NCBI GenBank assembly: GCA_965285935.1
Contig: OZ260662.1
Span: 7,688,001-7,752,000 of the forward strand
Length of the DNA stretch: 64,000 nucleotides
Reading direction: 5' to 3'
Source of the DNA: Ophelia neglecta
Lineage: Eukaryota
Part shown: positions 13,101 to 27,159 of the stretch, one piece after another
Layout: every line of letters starts with the position of its first letter
How positions within the stretch are numbered: position 1 is the first letter of the stretch
Notes under the pieces: model-generated
Seen by the model: the letters and a program-made list of their open reading frames with translations, nothing else
What the model was told of the DNA's origin: nothing
Database searches by the model: none
Position numbers and translations under genes: made by a program

Positions 13101-14723
13101 GGGGTCTTGGGCGGATCTGCGGAGGCACGACACGGGGCTCAATACCCCCCCTCCCCCCTTCTCCAAGGTCTGCCGCAAAGTGGCGACAATAAGCTGAAAA
13201 ATAGCACACAAAAATTATGCTCGACTTGGCCACCCACACTCATGTCTTTTCTTCACAAAAGACAATGACTATTTTAACTTTGCAGCTTTGACAGTCATTA
13301 ATTCCAGCCGACATTTGTCGTTATGCTCAAGTTTTAGGTCAAGGTCAGTGGTCTGTTTTCGCGCCAATGTATAGTCTAGGAGTGAGTTGTGAGTGTGGCC
13401 CACGGGCGGAGAGCTCAAAAAAACACAGACCGACAGTGGCCAGAAGGAGTAAGCACTCAATCAGTCGATAGTGAGAATCGAACAACTTAGGGCCGATCCA
13501 CATAATATATTCTAAATTCAAGCAGGCATTGTGTCTTTAATTTCAGACCGTGCGATCAGCCACCTACACACGATAAAGATCATCATTGAAAAATGATTTT
13601 ATTCATTGTCAAACATGAAACAAACATAAATTGCAATGTAGCTGAAATTATTATTATCATTATCATCATTTTTATTTTTTTTATCATTATAATTATCAGC
13701 ATTATTATTATTATTATTGTGACATGGAATATGCCTTTGAATTTTTCGTGAAATGTGAGGATACAAACTTATTTTATATGAATTGTGTAATGAAGGTTTA
13801 ATTCCCTATGATCGGATTCTTTATGCTTCTGTTCGCAAACATACGTTTTAAGGCCTGTCATGTAAACTGCTTATGTGCTCTTATTTTCTCTGTGAAGTAA
13901 AAGTTAGCCTCCCCCGGGCACCCCTCCCCTTCCCTGTAAATAATTCATTTTTTTGAGGGTTAAATTCCTGATAAGTGACCTCTAGACCCGGGTGATCTAG
14001 TTTCCCACGGGCTCCGCGTCTCCTTCTCACCCCCTGCGACCGATTGTCACGTGAGCCAGCCTCCTTATCGCGCCCGACAAGGGCCCGTATGGAGCTTTGT
14101 TTTTGTACATATCTGACACCTCGAGACCCTGTGATATGACGTGTATCGCTGTCAGGACAAACCCATTACCGTCCTCTCTTCATTGATCTGCGTACACAAA
14201 TCCCATCACCCGACCAAAGGGCGCATTCCAACCGCCGTCTTTAATTTACTGTATTTATTCTTAGGAGTATTTTTTCGTAAACATTTAATTCCTACCCGCG
14301 GAGTGATCTAAACTCTCTGTGAAACTAAACCAAACAACTCCCAAGAGGCACGTGTCAGAACGTTTTGTCTGTAGGGATCAACCATATAATGTTGTAAGCA
14401 TATCTGTTGTGTAAATAGATGAAATACTTTCAGAATAATATAGCTACGGATATACATTGGTACCAGTTTATGTGGAAAAAAAAACAATATAATTGAGGCG
14501 GTTAAAATCCAGATTGAAAGGTTTATTAAGTAATACATAACACAGTTGGTCTAGGCCTGTTCTACTTGGTAATACAGCATGTGTCTACGCCCACATCAAC
14601 TCATGAATGTGGATTTAATAAATAAAGGAACAGCTATTCTGGAATCTTTGAAACCGACTCCTTTTAGAACAATGTGTAACCCGGCATGGATTCAAGATAA
14701 CCTGTACCTGACATGTTACTCGA

Positions 14724-14966
14724 CGGATTTCTATAGAAATTAACATAGGACCTATTGTCACAGTAACGGTATAGGCCTGCCCTCGCAGAACAGGGTCCAC
14801 GGATTTCTATAGAAATTAACACAAGACCTATGGTCACAGTACCCGGATAGGCCTACCCTCGCAAAACAGGGTCTACGGATTTCTATGGAAATTAACACAG
14901 GACCTATGGTCAGAGTACCAGGATAGGCCTGCCCTCACAAAACAGGGTCCACGGATTTCTATAGAA
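14724..14966. repeat. 76-bp tandem repeat, ~3.2 copies
   Basis: CGGATTTCTAT at 14724, 14800, 14876 and 14952; the unit carries the palindrome ATTTCTATAGAAAT. Confidence 0.92.
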
Positions 14967-17138
14967 TTCCTGATTGTGGCTAACAGGTTCCTATAGATAT
15001 TTTTATTATCAGGCCCACTTATTTAATTATCATAAGATAGGCACGTATATTCGACACAAGTTGTATGTCAAATTGTGTCAATGAGTTCAAGCTTCCTGAA
15101 CTGACCTGATTAAATCTGCCCCAAGATGCAAGCGGCTGCAGTTCAACAAAATAAATTTTCAGAACCGTATACACCTGTTTACATTAATTAGGCCTGCTAT
15201 TTACCCACAAAATAAAGGTCACCTGGGTTCATTAATTCCAAATTATATAGGCCTTTACTATAAGCCTACGAGCTACCTGAACCGACCTGATTAGATCTAC
15301 CCCAGGATGCAGTTAATTCGAGAAAGCGGGTCAATTTGGAGACTCGTAGGTCATGGCGTCAAATCTTCAGAAGTGCCTGAACTGTTTATTCGCTGCCTGC
15401 CCCCCTCATCCAGTACTACATTTGTAACCATGTTCATTCTGATTTTCGTAAAGAAACAGTGTTTTCCCACACAATTCCACAGTCCCGGAAATCCTTAAAG
15501 AAAATGGGGTATTTTTTTAAGTTTTATGCGCTTGGTGTTTGACATCAAATTCACCCATATATACGCAAGTGATTGAATTGAAGTTTATTTGTCAGTTCAT
15601 AGTTATTTTACATATTGGAATACATATTGGAATACATACATACTCTACATTTTTGAGTGACAAAAGGGGTAAACTGAAGCAGATAAGAGCTTATTGGACC
15701 CCATTTAATCTTAACAATATATACAAATGATTTTCTTCTGACAATCAAGATAAATATACAAGAACTGTCGAAAATAATATACAATGACGAACAAAACATC
15801 ACACAATGCTAAAAAAAAGAAAGCAACCCTCTCCCCATCCCGTGGGTGTACAACGTGGGAAAGATTCTGACAGGAAGGAGTTTGGCAGTCAGTGGCAAGT
15901 GAACATTAGTTGAAAGTTGAAAGGTACATGCAAATAAACTAGGATTACAAGATATAGTATGAATAGTCAATGAAAAACTCGAAGCAGGTCTATGAGATGC
16001 CTTGCTGCAGTAGATACCTTTTTAAAGTACTTTTAAAGACAGGCAAAGAGCAGTTAAAAGGAACAAAGTAACACAATGAATTATATAAGACGGCTCCCTG
16101 GTATCTGATACTTCTGTGTACAATGGATGAGGTCCCCTTAGGAATGTTAAGTTTGAATGCTTGTCGAGTTCGATATGAAAGTATTTCACAGTATCTACGG
16201 AACAGAGAAGATATTACCCTTGGGAGGAGACCATGGACAAATCTATACATGAAAATAGCCAGGCAATAATCAAAGATTCAAGACATAGGTAGTATGTTTA
16301 GCTTGACAAACAAAGGATGCGAATGAGTTAATCTTGGAGCCAAGTTAATAATTCTAACAGATCTTTTTTGCATACTTTTTAGCTTTTGTAAAAAGTTAGA
16401 TCAGTATTGCCCCATATCTCTACACAATATGTATAGAAAGGATAGATGAATGAATAGTACAGTTTTGTTAGTGTAGATCTATTGAAGACCCTGCTGGCTT
16501 TGAATAGTATTCCCAATCCCCTAGCAACTTTGCCCTTTGATACGGCGGTGAAGTTCGGATCAAGTTCGGAATTGTTCGGAATGTGTGTCGAATGTTAGGA
16601 ATTGGTTTGGAAACGTTAGTATTTGTTAGTAATTGAATTACGAGACAACCTGGGAATGCTAGCCTGCTTCCTGATTGTGGCTAACAGGTTCCTATAAATA
16701 TTTTTATTATCAGGCCCGCTTATTTAATTATCGCACGATAGTCACATGTATTCGACACCCGTTGAATGTCAAATTGTGTCAATGAGTTCAAGCTTTCTGA
16801 ACTGACCTGATAAAATCTGCCCCAAGATGCAGCCGGCTGCAGTTCAACAAAATAAATATTTCTTTTATTCAACATAGACATAAAGGGCCAACAGTCAATA
16901 GCACATTTAATTGGATCAGTCACAGACTCAATTAAAACAATAAGCAGTGGGCAAACATAATATATGATATATAAAACGTGTGACACACTACATAGTAATA
17001 AATTGAGTGCTTCATTTAAGTTTGAAGTTTTCAGAACCGTATACATCTGTTTACACTAATTAGGCCTACTATTTACCCACATAATAAAGGTCACCTGGGT
17101 TAATTAATTAAAAATTATATAGGCCTATACAATAAGCC
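14967..17138 (+). repeat. ~300-bp direct duplication (14967-15266 and 16668-17138) bracketing the CR1 fragment
   Basis: Both copies start TTCCTGATTGTGGCTAACAGGTTCCTATA and end TAAGCC; the second has an extra segment at 16857-17027. Confidence 0.9.
15605..16542 (-). mobile_element. 5'-truncated CR1/L2-group LINE (ORF2 C-terminus + 3' UTR)
   Basis: KGKVARGLGILFKASRVFNRSTLTKLYYSFIYPFYTYCVEIWG.../LQKLKSMQKRSVRII...HSHPLFVKLNIL...FMYRFVHGLLP...SIRYQGAVLYNSL...FKSTLKRYLL; one frameshift and one stop seen. Confidence 0.88.
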
Positions 17139-17325
17139 GGTATATTGTTAGAATGGTGGTGAATATTTTCAAGCCACGTGTATAATGTGTAGAAGTCACG
17201 TGACACTCAGCGCGTTAAGGCACTATACCTGCTTCATGGCTGGGATCAATGTCAATTAGTTAATCGATCACAAAATCAATATATCAGTGTTCTAGAAAGC
17301 TACAGGGAGGCGGGGTAAAACATTT

Positions 17326-17407
17326 CGCAGTCGGCAGGATTCGAACCTGCGCGGGCATAGCCCAATAGATTTCAAGTCTATCGCCTTAACCACTCGGCCA
17401 CGACTGC
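17326..17407 (-). tRNA. tRNA-Ser (anticodon UGA)
   Basis: Reverse complement GCAGTCGTGGCCGAGTGGTTAAGGCG-ATAGA-CTTGAAA-TCTAT-TGGGCTATGCCC-GCGCAGGTTCGAATCCTGCCGACTGCG: 82 nt, A/B boxes, long variable arm, T-run terminator at 17317-17320. Confidence 0.96.
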
Positions 17408-19183
17408 CACATGCTAAATAATATTTATATTTAGTGAATGTTCGTTAAAAACATTACAGTGCTCCACACATGGAGTTTTACAGTATTAAATGATCTGGCT
17501 TTGTCTTTTCCCTGACATGGCGTATTCGGGCTGTACATTTTAACAATATTTATTGATCACTAGAACGATACAATCTCTTAGGAATCTAGATAGGTGCAAT
17601 AACTAGTCCCAAGGGCATGACCCATTAACTGTAGGGCGTCCCCGTGAACGTGCATCCATTTATTGTTAAAAATTCGACCTTTCGCTGCATGATTATTTTC
17701 GTCGTAAAATTACATTTTTATTTATAGAGGTGGATGTTTGGCTTGACACAGCTTGAGCTGGCGTATCTTCAAACTGATGTAGGGTTATGCTAACAAATTC
17801 ACCAGGCATATCCTCGAGGAGGGAGGAGGGACCAGATCACTCGGGAAGAAAATAGAATATCAATGAGTCACGCCTTAAAATGACCATTCTGTTCACAGAT
17901 AAAACATCTTTTTTTCGTGATGTTTAGCTTTCAGTTCATGAGTTATTTATAATTATAGAATTACTTGTAATTATATATTAGAGAAGTCATCACCTCTCGG
18001 TTGAAACAGGGGCATGGTTAAGGGCCAAAATACCCCTGGACATGCGTGTAGAGAAATTGAAGATGAAATTCATTTTCTTCTAGTGTGTCCACTATACAGT
18101 AGTCTACAGGAACATTAATTATCTTGCTGTGTTTACAGGTAGCCCAGAGTATGTGTTTGTCAGGATATTTAATGAAGACAGCAGTAGGATATTGAACAAT
18201 GTAGCTGTGTTTATCAGTAAAGCCTTCGAGCTTCACACTAAACTGGTATAAATTCAGGTACCTCCCTTATTTTATACTATATGTATTATATGATTAATAT
18301 TACATATACTATATATACGATAAATGCAAATTTCTTTTTTTTTTGTTTTTTATCGTATTATTGCAAATATGTACGCTACAAATTGTTATGTTTACGCAAT
18401 AAACTAAACTAAAACGGTAATTATATAGGCCTATAGGGCGTATAATATGCGGCAGCTTCAATAAATTAAGACCGTTGTATTAATGCACGCAGCTAATGCA
18501 ATATTTCTCCCACGGTGCGATATTTAAATGATAAGTCTTCTTGCTGCTCAGAATCAAATCGTTGAACGAAATTACCCAGCTTCCCCGATACTGTAAGGTT
18601 CGATGGAGGGGGGCTTATGCCGGGGGGTGGGGGATACAAATTGATTCGCAGCAACGAACATGGCTCGCCCGGGCATATGAAACGATGTCTGGGTCTTGTG
18701 ATTGAGAGATACCCCTCTCCTGATTGTAGTCTGAAATAATGTCATTTCTCTCAGAATAACGCTGGCGTTTTTACTTGAAACAACACGCGGTTTTTTATCG
18801 GAAAGCTGATATTCATCAGCCCCCTAGACTTATACACAATTGGCATTGGAAACCGGAAGTGCTTTTGTTTACTTTCGGACCTCCCAGCTTGTTAAATTGG
18901 CAATTTGAACCACTACCGCGGTGGTACAAATTAACAATAAGCAACCAATTTAAATAACATGGGTATAAGACCCGAGAAAATATTGCTTTATGGCATGCTT
19001 GGTAAATTTCTGGAATTTGAGTTTTAAAAAATCTATAATTGTCTTGGCTGCTGAATGAAACAACCCTTTAGGGTTTTCGCGGTTATGGGAATTGGTAATA
19101 AAAACATAATTATTAACAGATTTATATGAGAGCTGGGTCTTTTTGCTAACGAGAGTTTTCGTGGGTTTGAGGGAAAAAGAATT

Positions 19184-19265
19184 CGCAGTCGGCAGGATTC
19201 GAACCTGCGCGGGCAGAGCCCAATAGATTTCTAGTCTATCGCCTTAACCACTCGGCCACGACTGC
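19184..19265 (-). tRNA. tRNA-Ser (anticodon AGA)
   Basis: Same 82-nt body with anticodon loop CTAGAAA; T5 terminator at 19174-19178. Confidence 0.96.
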
Positions 19266-20399
19266 CGCTGGGAAAGTCGTGTGTAAAGAACTATCTTATA
19301 ACAATCTACGTTTAAGAATACAGGTGAGCCTCGCTTTTAACAATCCACGCCTGTGAAAATCATTGACTGCAAACACCGCATGGAGTTATATTAAAAGGCC
19401 AAAGTACACCTTAATTGCACTGCTATAGCGTCGCACAGCGGCCGCCCAAGGCAATAAGCGGCCATTAGCAAGAAAACCATATATTTAACGAACATAAACC
19501 AGCGCAGCCGGTCACAACTCCAGCACCGTACACAGGCTACCTGTAATTAAGTCGGTAGAGAACGTATGTTTAATTAATGACCTTAAATTGTTAGGTCTGC
19601 TCGTCTGGGAACATCTGATGAAGGCTTGGGGCCATTAACCAAACATATGGGCCTGTATATTAGAATGTGTTTTGTATAAATGCAGGGGGACAAATACTAA
19701 TGTTACATGTAGGTAAATCTTAGTCATATTTTCACAATAATTAATTCTGTGATTATGCCTTAACCATGGGAATGTCTTTCTGCCACCAATTTACGTGATA
19801 TAAAGGACTATCCGCTCAGTATGCGGGTAGACAATTTTGCCTTTAGGGTGATAATATGTTTACTTTCAAAAACAGGTTAAATATACTTACATTGGACAGT
19901 CGTTGAAGAGATACATTATGGCATCGGGAGAAAAAAAATCAATTAAATAGATACATTACAAACTCGAAGTATTCGCGATTCACAGGACAGCACATCAAAA
20001 CGTAGACCCCATATGTCAGCACTCTCAACTCTATACACCTACTATATCCCACACGGCAGTATTATAGTGAATTTAGTGTATCTCTAGAGCTTTCTTCATA
20101 AAAATTACAAAATTATTTAGTTTATTTCATGGCCTTTAAATTTAACCCCCTTCCAAATCGATTGGATGGTGATTGATTATATAGGGTAAAAGCGGATATT
20201 CTCGAGCATCCCCGCAGACAGCAGAGGAAAATCAAATGGGGGGGGGGGGAACTTAACATCAGCGGCATAAGGGACGAAATCAAGTTCAACATTGAATAAA
20301 TTCAATTACTGGCTGTGTAATGGGTTTGTAAATAACCTGCCCACAGGTAACTATATGATTATGGTCAAGCCAACTGAGGACAAACGCTTCTGACCACTG

Positions 20400-21428
20400 C
20401 TGCATTACACCGTTTTGAGAGGTTTATTTCATTCTTCTCCAAATTTTTCTATAACTGAAACCATGCCTGTATCTCCTTTTTCTACGGAATAAGCGTTTTC
20501 TGCGATTTTTTAGGCCTTTTGAATCTGTTCTAAAGTATCGTGTTCATTTTGAATTACGTATGAACGAATTTGAGGGTGTAAACCTTTGAGAACTATGTTT
20601 TTTACTTCTTGTTCATTGGCTTCAAATAGGTTTGCTTTAAATTTGATGTTATCAATGAAATCTAATGAAGATTGTCCTGGCTTTTGTTTTATTTGTCATA
20701 ATTCTAATATATTATGTATTTTGTCAACCTCACTAATTTTGTATCTATCTACTAAGGCAGCTTTAGTATGCTCGTAGGTGTCTCATGAGTGTATTTACTT
20801 TCTACGGGTAATTCGTCAAAAAATCTAGCTGCTCCTTCACTTAAGAGTAAGGGGGAGGTTTGGATTTTGGCATTGTTATCAAATTGTCTATAATTTGCCC
20901 ATTTTTCGAATGCTCTTAAGAATTCAGGTAATTCGTTTGCATCTTTGCCTGCATGTGAAAGGTGCTGGTTTACCTAACAAGCCTAAAGAATTATTATTTT
21001 CCATTTCGATAAAGTTTAGGTGTGGTTCTAGTGATATATCTGAAGTAGATGATAGGTCTGAATCCGATTCTACTTCGGAATTATAAGACGAACTACTGTC
21101 TAAATCTTCGGTACTGTCTACATTATACTCAGGGATTGTTTTAAGCGTTTTTGTTGATGATAGATATTTGTTGATAGGTGATTCGTGGATCTTAGGGATG
21201 GGTTCTAGGACTTCTGTTAAAAATTTATCATCTAGGCCTAATGCTATAATGTGCTTGTTAGTAGATACTTTATTCCCTTCTGATGTATTAGAGTTATCTT
21301 CGCTAATGCTAGTTTGCTCTTTCTTTCTGGGTTTATAACTAGATTCTTTGTAGAAGCCTGATGTTAGTCGGCTAGGTAATAAACGCAGATTATAGGGGGA
21401 TTTCTGTTATTTCTCATCTGACGACATA
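20400..21428 (-). pseudogene. Decayed Ty3/Gypsy-like gag (frameshifts and stops)
   Basis: Manual translation across frameshifts: PYNLR...KPAPF/GKDANELPEFLRAFEKWANYRQFDNNAKIQT/LLLSEGAARFFDELP/YEHTKAALVDRY...QKPGQSSLDFIDNIKFKANLF...IVLKGLHPQIRSYVIQNEHDTLEQIQKA, which fits the retrotransposon gag capsid pattern. Left boundary approximate. Confidence 0.8.
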
Positions 21429-21492
21429 TAATGCAAGTATTATTATGAAATCAAGTGACAGGTTAATAATTACTTGGGATCCATGAATATAT

Positions 21493-21900
21493 GCATCTCC
21501 ACCATTTATAAAACAATTCGGTCTTATATTGTTTGATATTAAACATATAACATAAGTTCTTACCTGGAGGTTTCTTGCGTACTAGCAAAGTTTATTGTTT
21601 CGGTGGTTGTCTCTCTCCTGGTGCCTTACAAGACCGTGGCTTCTTATATAACTAGGGGAGCGGTTATGCTATGGGGTATGTTTAGAGTTTCGCCTTAATT
21701 GGTTGGGCGGGGAGAAGGTTGTTGTCGGATGACGTTGGTGTGTTCCTATTAATTTCTTGGATAATAATAGTATGAGGAGAACTTGATTATTATTAGAATA
21801 CATTCTAGTCGCCGATGTCGTTGTACCCCTAGACATATTTTAGATTTATGGAGAAGCCTTTGGTCTGAGCACCGGAGTATTTAGATACATACAATATACA
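21493..21900 (-). mobile_element. Primer-binding site (tRNA-Ala type) and 5' LTR remnant of the Gypsy element
   Basis: TGGTGGAGATGC at 21504-21493 is complementary to the tRNA-Ala 3' end and lies just upstream of gag. TATATAA (21644-21650) and AATAAA (21591-21596) are in LTR order. Outer boundary uncertain (about 21900, or TGTGACG at 22193). Confidence 0.65.
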
Positions 21901-24900
21901 CGGGGGGTGTTTTAATTTGGAAGATACAGGGATGTGCTGTACATGATTAATCTTGAATTTCATCTTTCTTATACCCATATAACTTTGATATATCCGTGAA
22001 CTGGGAATAATATATATCCTGTGATTCGGGGTCGGGCTCAGAAGGTATCTAGGAAACGGGAAATCCCGTTTATAATATCCGTGAACTGGGAATGACCGAT
22101 TTCTTTGATCCCCGTGATCACTCATTGTTAAATCCTGTGAACTGGGATTGCGGTTTAAAGCTGGGAACGTCACGCCCAGGACGTCACGTCACAAAATACC
22201 TGGAGTGAGCTCCTGTGACACTTACATGAGCTTGGATTATGATTATGATTGCAAGAAATACCATTCTGATAATGAATACACCTGTGTTTCTATTTGTGTG
22301 AATCGAGATTTTGTTATTTTAGTCTCCAGGAACCTGGAACGAAGTAAGTCCCTGGTAACTGGAAAATTTCAATAGGCCTTTTTTTCACTGGGAACTGGAA
22401 AATGTCAATTTTCAAAACTGTGATATGGGAACAGTCCCCCCCCCCCAACCGCCCCCCCCCCTCTATTTACTGCGAGGAATAAAACAAATTGTCCGATTTT
22501 CAACATGACCTATAAGGATTGCCATTCCCCCTGTCGGCAGCTGTACACACGTTTACAAGTGTATTAATAAGACTCCTGTAGTTAGAAGATCTCCAGGCCT
22601 CAATAGATCAGATTTATCCGGCCGCGCGCGGAGGTCGGATAACACACATAAAGGTGCATTTTAAACAGCTGACAAATGAGAGAGGGAGAGGTGAGGGTGG
22701 GTTGGGGGTCACGTGGGGGTGGTCACGTGGTCATGTTTATTTTAACACCCCTATAGATGGCGTCCAGGGGGCGGAACTCTCTGAGAAAATTAATACACGT
22801 CCATTATCGTTCCCAATTTCGCGAAAAAATATGCTCAACTTCCCATGTCTGTGAAAACCTGAAAATTTCTAACATAGCTCGCGAAAAGTCTTTTTATTCA
22901 GCCTGATTCAAACAGGCAATGAGTGGATGTGTTTAGTGATGATAGTGGTTGTTTTAATAAAGTTAATAAGTTTTGTTCTCCGGTTGAATCACCTAGTCAA
23001 ATTAGTTATTTAGCATTTACTTTCCTAAGTAAAAATTCAGTGTTTTTTAACTAGAGGTGTTTTTAAGATGAAAAATATCTGCGTTTTCCATTTAAAAAGG
23101 GGTGAGTTTTTGAACAGAAATCAGTGGAGAAGGGGATATTTTTCAAAGATTTGAACTACCAGAGGTCGTTCTCTTTAACCTGGAGTGCAGGCCCCGTAAA
23201 AGACGATCAGGAGAGATAGATAGGTGATTGTTTGTTAAGTGCCACGTGTATGGCAATAATCTATTATTGTAATAAGGGATACTAAGAAAAAAATAACATG
23301 TATACAATGTACTGAGCCTTTTGGGTTTATCCGGCACATTGAATTAGAATAAAAAAGAAGCCTGTTGCACGGGTTTTTTTTGGCTGAATAGATCTAGTTT
23401 ACTTGACCAGAGAATAAACCAAATGTACACATTGCACCAATTATAAACTTCATTTATTTAATGTTAATAATTTTTTTACCAGCAGTAATCATAGGTGCAT
23501 GACAGCTTATAGATTTTGTGTAATTAAATAATAGCCAAATAAAATCATTGTCACTGGTTTAATATTTTCAGGATTTCGTTTGTCCCACATCACAAGACCC
23601 ACAGAATAATGCGTATAGTGCCTTTAGGGATGCAATTGATATAAGAAAAGTGGAAAATAAATTAATAAAGTAATATATGAGTGTTAAGGAGGGCGAGCCC
23701 ATGGCTGTCTATTTCAGTGGAGTATTTATTAAGTTTTGGACGTCACAGTTCGTGCTCAACACGCTGGCCACGTCCCCGAGTCTGCCTTTTTCATTTTAGT
23801 AGCAGACGGTCGGCTCTGCCTAAACACATTCTCGTTTATTGACATTCGCGCGAAGACCGGACATTAACAGTCAAACTCCAAGACGTGAGCGGAAATCTAA
23901 ACAGCCTTTGTACGGTAGCTTAAAACCTTCATAAGAGACCTGTGGGTCAATTTGTATTTGTTTAATTTAATTTAATTTAATTTGTATTGTTTTCATTTTT
24001 GTCAGTGATAGCTTAAAACCTTGTATACCAGGTAATAGCAACAATAAACTAACTAATTATGGTATATAACGAAAGTTCAGACCCGGTACAAAGCGGTCCG
24101 GACCAAACTGACCAGTAGCCAGGGGCCCATTTAAACCAGCTGCTGCTAACCTGGCCTAAATAGTAGCTCTATCATTTCGGTTTTTATTGCTGAAAAACGA
24201 GGTTAATGGACTGAAAATTGAGAGAAAATGTTTTTGCGGCGATGATGCATCTGTTTAAATAATTAAACAGTCGCCGGCTTCCGAGAGGGGAAACTAATAA
24301 AATTAATGTGCACCAAGATGACACGTGCAACTCATTTAATAAGGGTCCTTTTATATATGCAAGTCATTCTCTGTTCTATTTTTCGTTTTTCATTGATTGG
24401 GATTGTTTAAAAAGATATAGGCCATATATATGGACATGTCCTATATTATATACGTATATATACTGTATAGGCCTACATAGGCGTGGTAGGCTATATCTCC
24501 TGTTGGATATAGGGCAAAATGGCTTCTCCATAAAGTATAGACGTGTAGCTAAATGCCTGCTTATTCTTTTCTTTCCAGGGTCGGCCGCCATGTTTACCTA
24601 GCTTGGTTAGTAGTTGTGTTTGTTCCTTTTTGGCTATCACGTCCAATTAACTGTTTATATAGAGTTTTGTAGCTGATGGTGTTAGTACGTGATGGCCAGA
24701 CAGCCAGACCCTCGGCCTGGACAGGGGGACCACAGATGTCCACACAAAGCTCGTGTACCTACCGTGCCGGACACAATGGCTGCTCCGTCATCTCCCCTAC
24801 CCACACACAGGCAGCCTCCGCCAAACAAAGCTTCCTCCCGCCGGCCACTGCCACATATGGCACTCCTCGGACGCTAAATCGTTTTACATAAATTATTCAG

Positions 24901-27159
24901 CATGCCATATTTGCCCTGGATAGTTCAGCCATGAGCTTGTGAAGGCCTTTAGGGTATAGCCGCAGGGCTGACGCAGCGAGAACACTCTAGAATTGGACAA
25001 GGAGCCGAGAGCTCTTGGCGGTTTTGGTCGACATCAATCAAACGTGATGGGTGTGTGATTATTGCGCGGGAAATGACACGCGCGTGCAGCTGACGACATT
25101 TCGGCGTTGTATCAGCGTCCCACCGGATATCGTCTGCTCTCCGGGCACGTGTCTCCATAGTAACGTACAGCACGTAATCACATGACACCATTTTTCGATT
25201 AACGTTGCGCGGGGTCTGATTATCTCGGGGCACCCGACAAAAGTCGAATAAAACTAATTTGCGAGATTATATTAAGAGGCCTATGACGCATTAAGCGCCA
25301 CGCAGAAATAATTAAAACACTTCCGCTACAATCGCTGTCTCCTAGCGGACACTGATAAAAGCAGGATCCACGTCTGAAATATTAAAACCGCATCCCTTTC
25401 AAAATCACAAGGCTTGGCACTTTTAATCAATAGTTTGCAAGCTAGGAGCTAGACACCTGGTTTTATAATAATAACGTGTAATCTTTCATTTGAAATTATA
25501 ATAATTCGAGCAATTAAAATGCACTAGTGATCGATAACTATTAAGCCTACCTCTGTTTTCATCTCCCTTTAACACTCAAACGCGAGGTACAATTTTTTTT
25601 TTCGTTTTACTGAAACTTAATTGGCATCTTGTTATTCCCAGACATTGTTATAATAACAATTATTAATATTGATGAAATCAGCCAGAAAATGACAAATCAC
25701 ATTACCTGTTTTTTCTAAATCTTCAGTTGCTTGTTATTGTAATTATCCATTATATAGGACTTTACGTTAGGAGCCACGGATCTTAGTTAGGCCTCGCCTC
25801 TATCGGTAAAATCATACAAATGTCATCTTTTCAAGCTTCCATGGGGAGGTCGAAATTCGAGTCGATTTACGGTAACTTGCCGTTGTCATTGTTTGTTGTC
25901 CTTATGATACAATAACACCGGCAGGGTTACTATAGAGACCTGACTAACCAACCAGTTAGAATATCATTAAAGTAAACTATTTCAAATTTAATAATCCACA
26001 GCGAAACGATTTTAGGATCGTCTTGAAAGCTTAATCATCATTAAACCTCCCTATCAACAATAATGTTTGTTTAATATATATTCAAAAGGAATTATAGATT
26101 ATTTCTCCGAGGCTTTGTTTAGACGAAAACGACAATTCCACCTGTATTGGCTTTCATTCTACGAGTTTGTTGGGGATATCCTGGTCTTGGATTACACTCT
26201 CCCAGGAGTTGGCATTCGTCCATCTCACATTACATCCGGGTCTTCACGGTCAGCATTAATACGTAAACACTCGCCAGAATATCCAATCAACATTTATTTT
26301 TGACGCCACTCCGTTGCTTAATAACATATTTAATATCTTTTAATCAACTGATAATAATAATAATAATAACAAGTTTATTGTTGTATGACAGGGTAATTAC
26401 CCATTATAAATGTACACAGATAAAAATCCTACAATTTAACCATGAAAAAGTAACCTGCACCATAGATATAGAGAATACATATCTATACATATCTTATACA
26501 TATATATGCCTGCACATATACAAGATTATTATCATAGGAAAGTTACTATATATTCAATATTGTATTAGAAGATTGTACAGAGATGTCTTTTGGTGAAAAT
26601 TCGTTTCTGTAATTTTAGTCCAAATTGACAACGCTTAAAGTGCCCTCAAAACATTAAATTCGTCAATCCGATTATCCTATAGGCGCTGTGGCGCCTCGAA
26701 CATTCGGATATACGAATTTACTGTTACTCGTGCAATCCATATAGTACAGAGTATTTGTACAACCAGTCTGGTTTGCTAACAATACGTCTAGTTGAGATGT
26801 ATATTTAGCAGTCTGGTTGTTCGGCTGTCATTCCACCTGCTTCGGGTTAGCCCGGAGTCGGTTTTACGTCAGTTTTACATCGGATTTATTAGCTCCACAT
26901 GACAGAGTTGATCCGGGTCAATTAGGACCAGATTTTGACGAATTCTCCGCGGCGTACCCGCCACATGTACCCGCTCACTGGTGTTCTGTAGCGGTGTCGT
27001 TAGCTGGAAAGTCGATTGTGTGTCGTGGCTTTGTAATTTATAACAGACTAGCGTGAAAAACACGAGAGATTTGTTAGAAGTGGCAGTCAGAGTTAAAACC
27101 CGCGGTGAGGTGGGGGGGGGGGGGGGGGGGAACACTCGAACTGTATCAATAAACATGTA

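Noticed and set aside
17326-17407. Selenocysteine or opal-suppressor tRNA (TCA visible on the plus strand)
   Set aside because: The gene is on the minus strand; the anticodon reads UGA (Ser) and the body is a standard 82-nt tRNA-Ser.
24085-24142. miR-133-like hairpin (CAGCTGGTT...TTTGGTCC on the minus strand)
   Set aside because: Only the seed matches and the arms do not base-pair. No other conserved miRNA mature sequence was recognised by eye.
24566-24601. Acceptor-like tract plus Kozak GCCGCCATG on the plus strand
   Set aside because: Reads M-F-T-stop; better explained as a YY1 motif.
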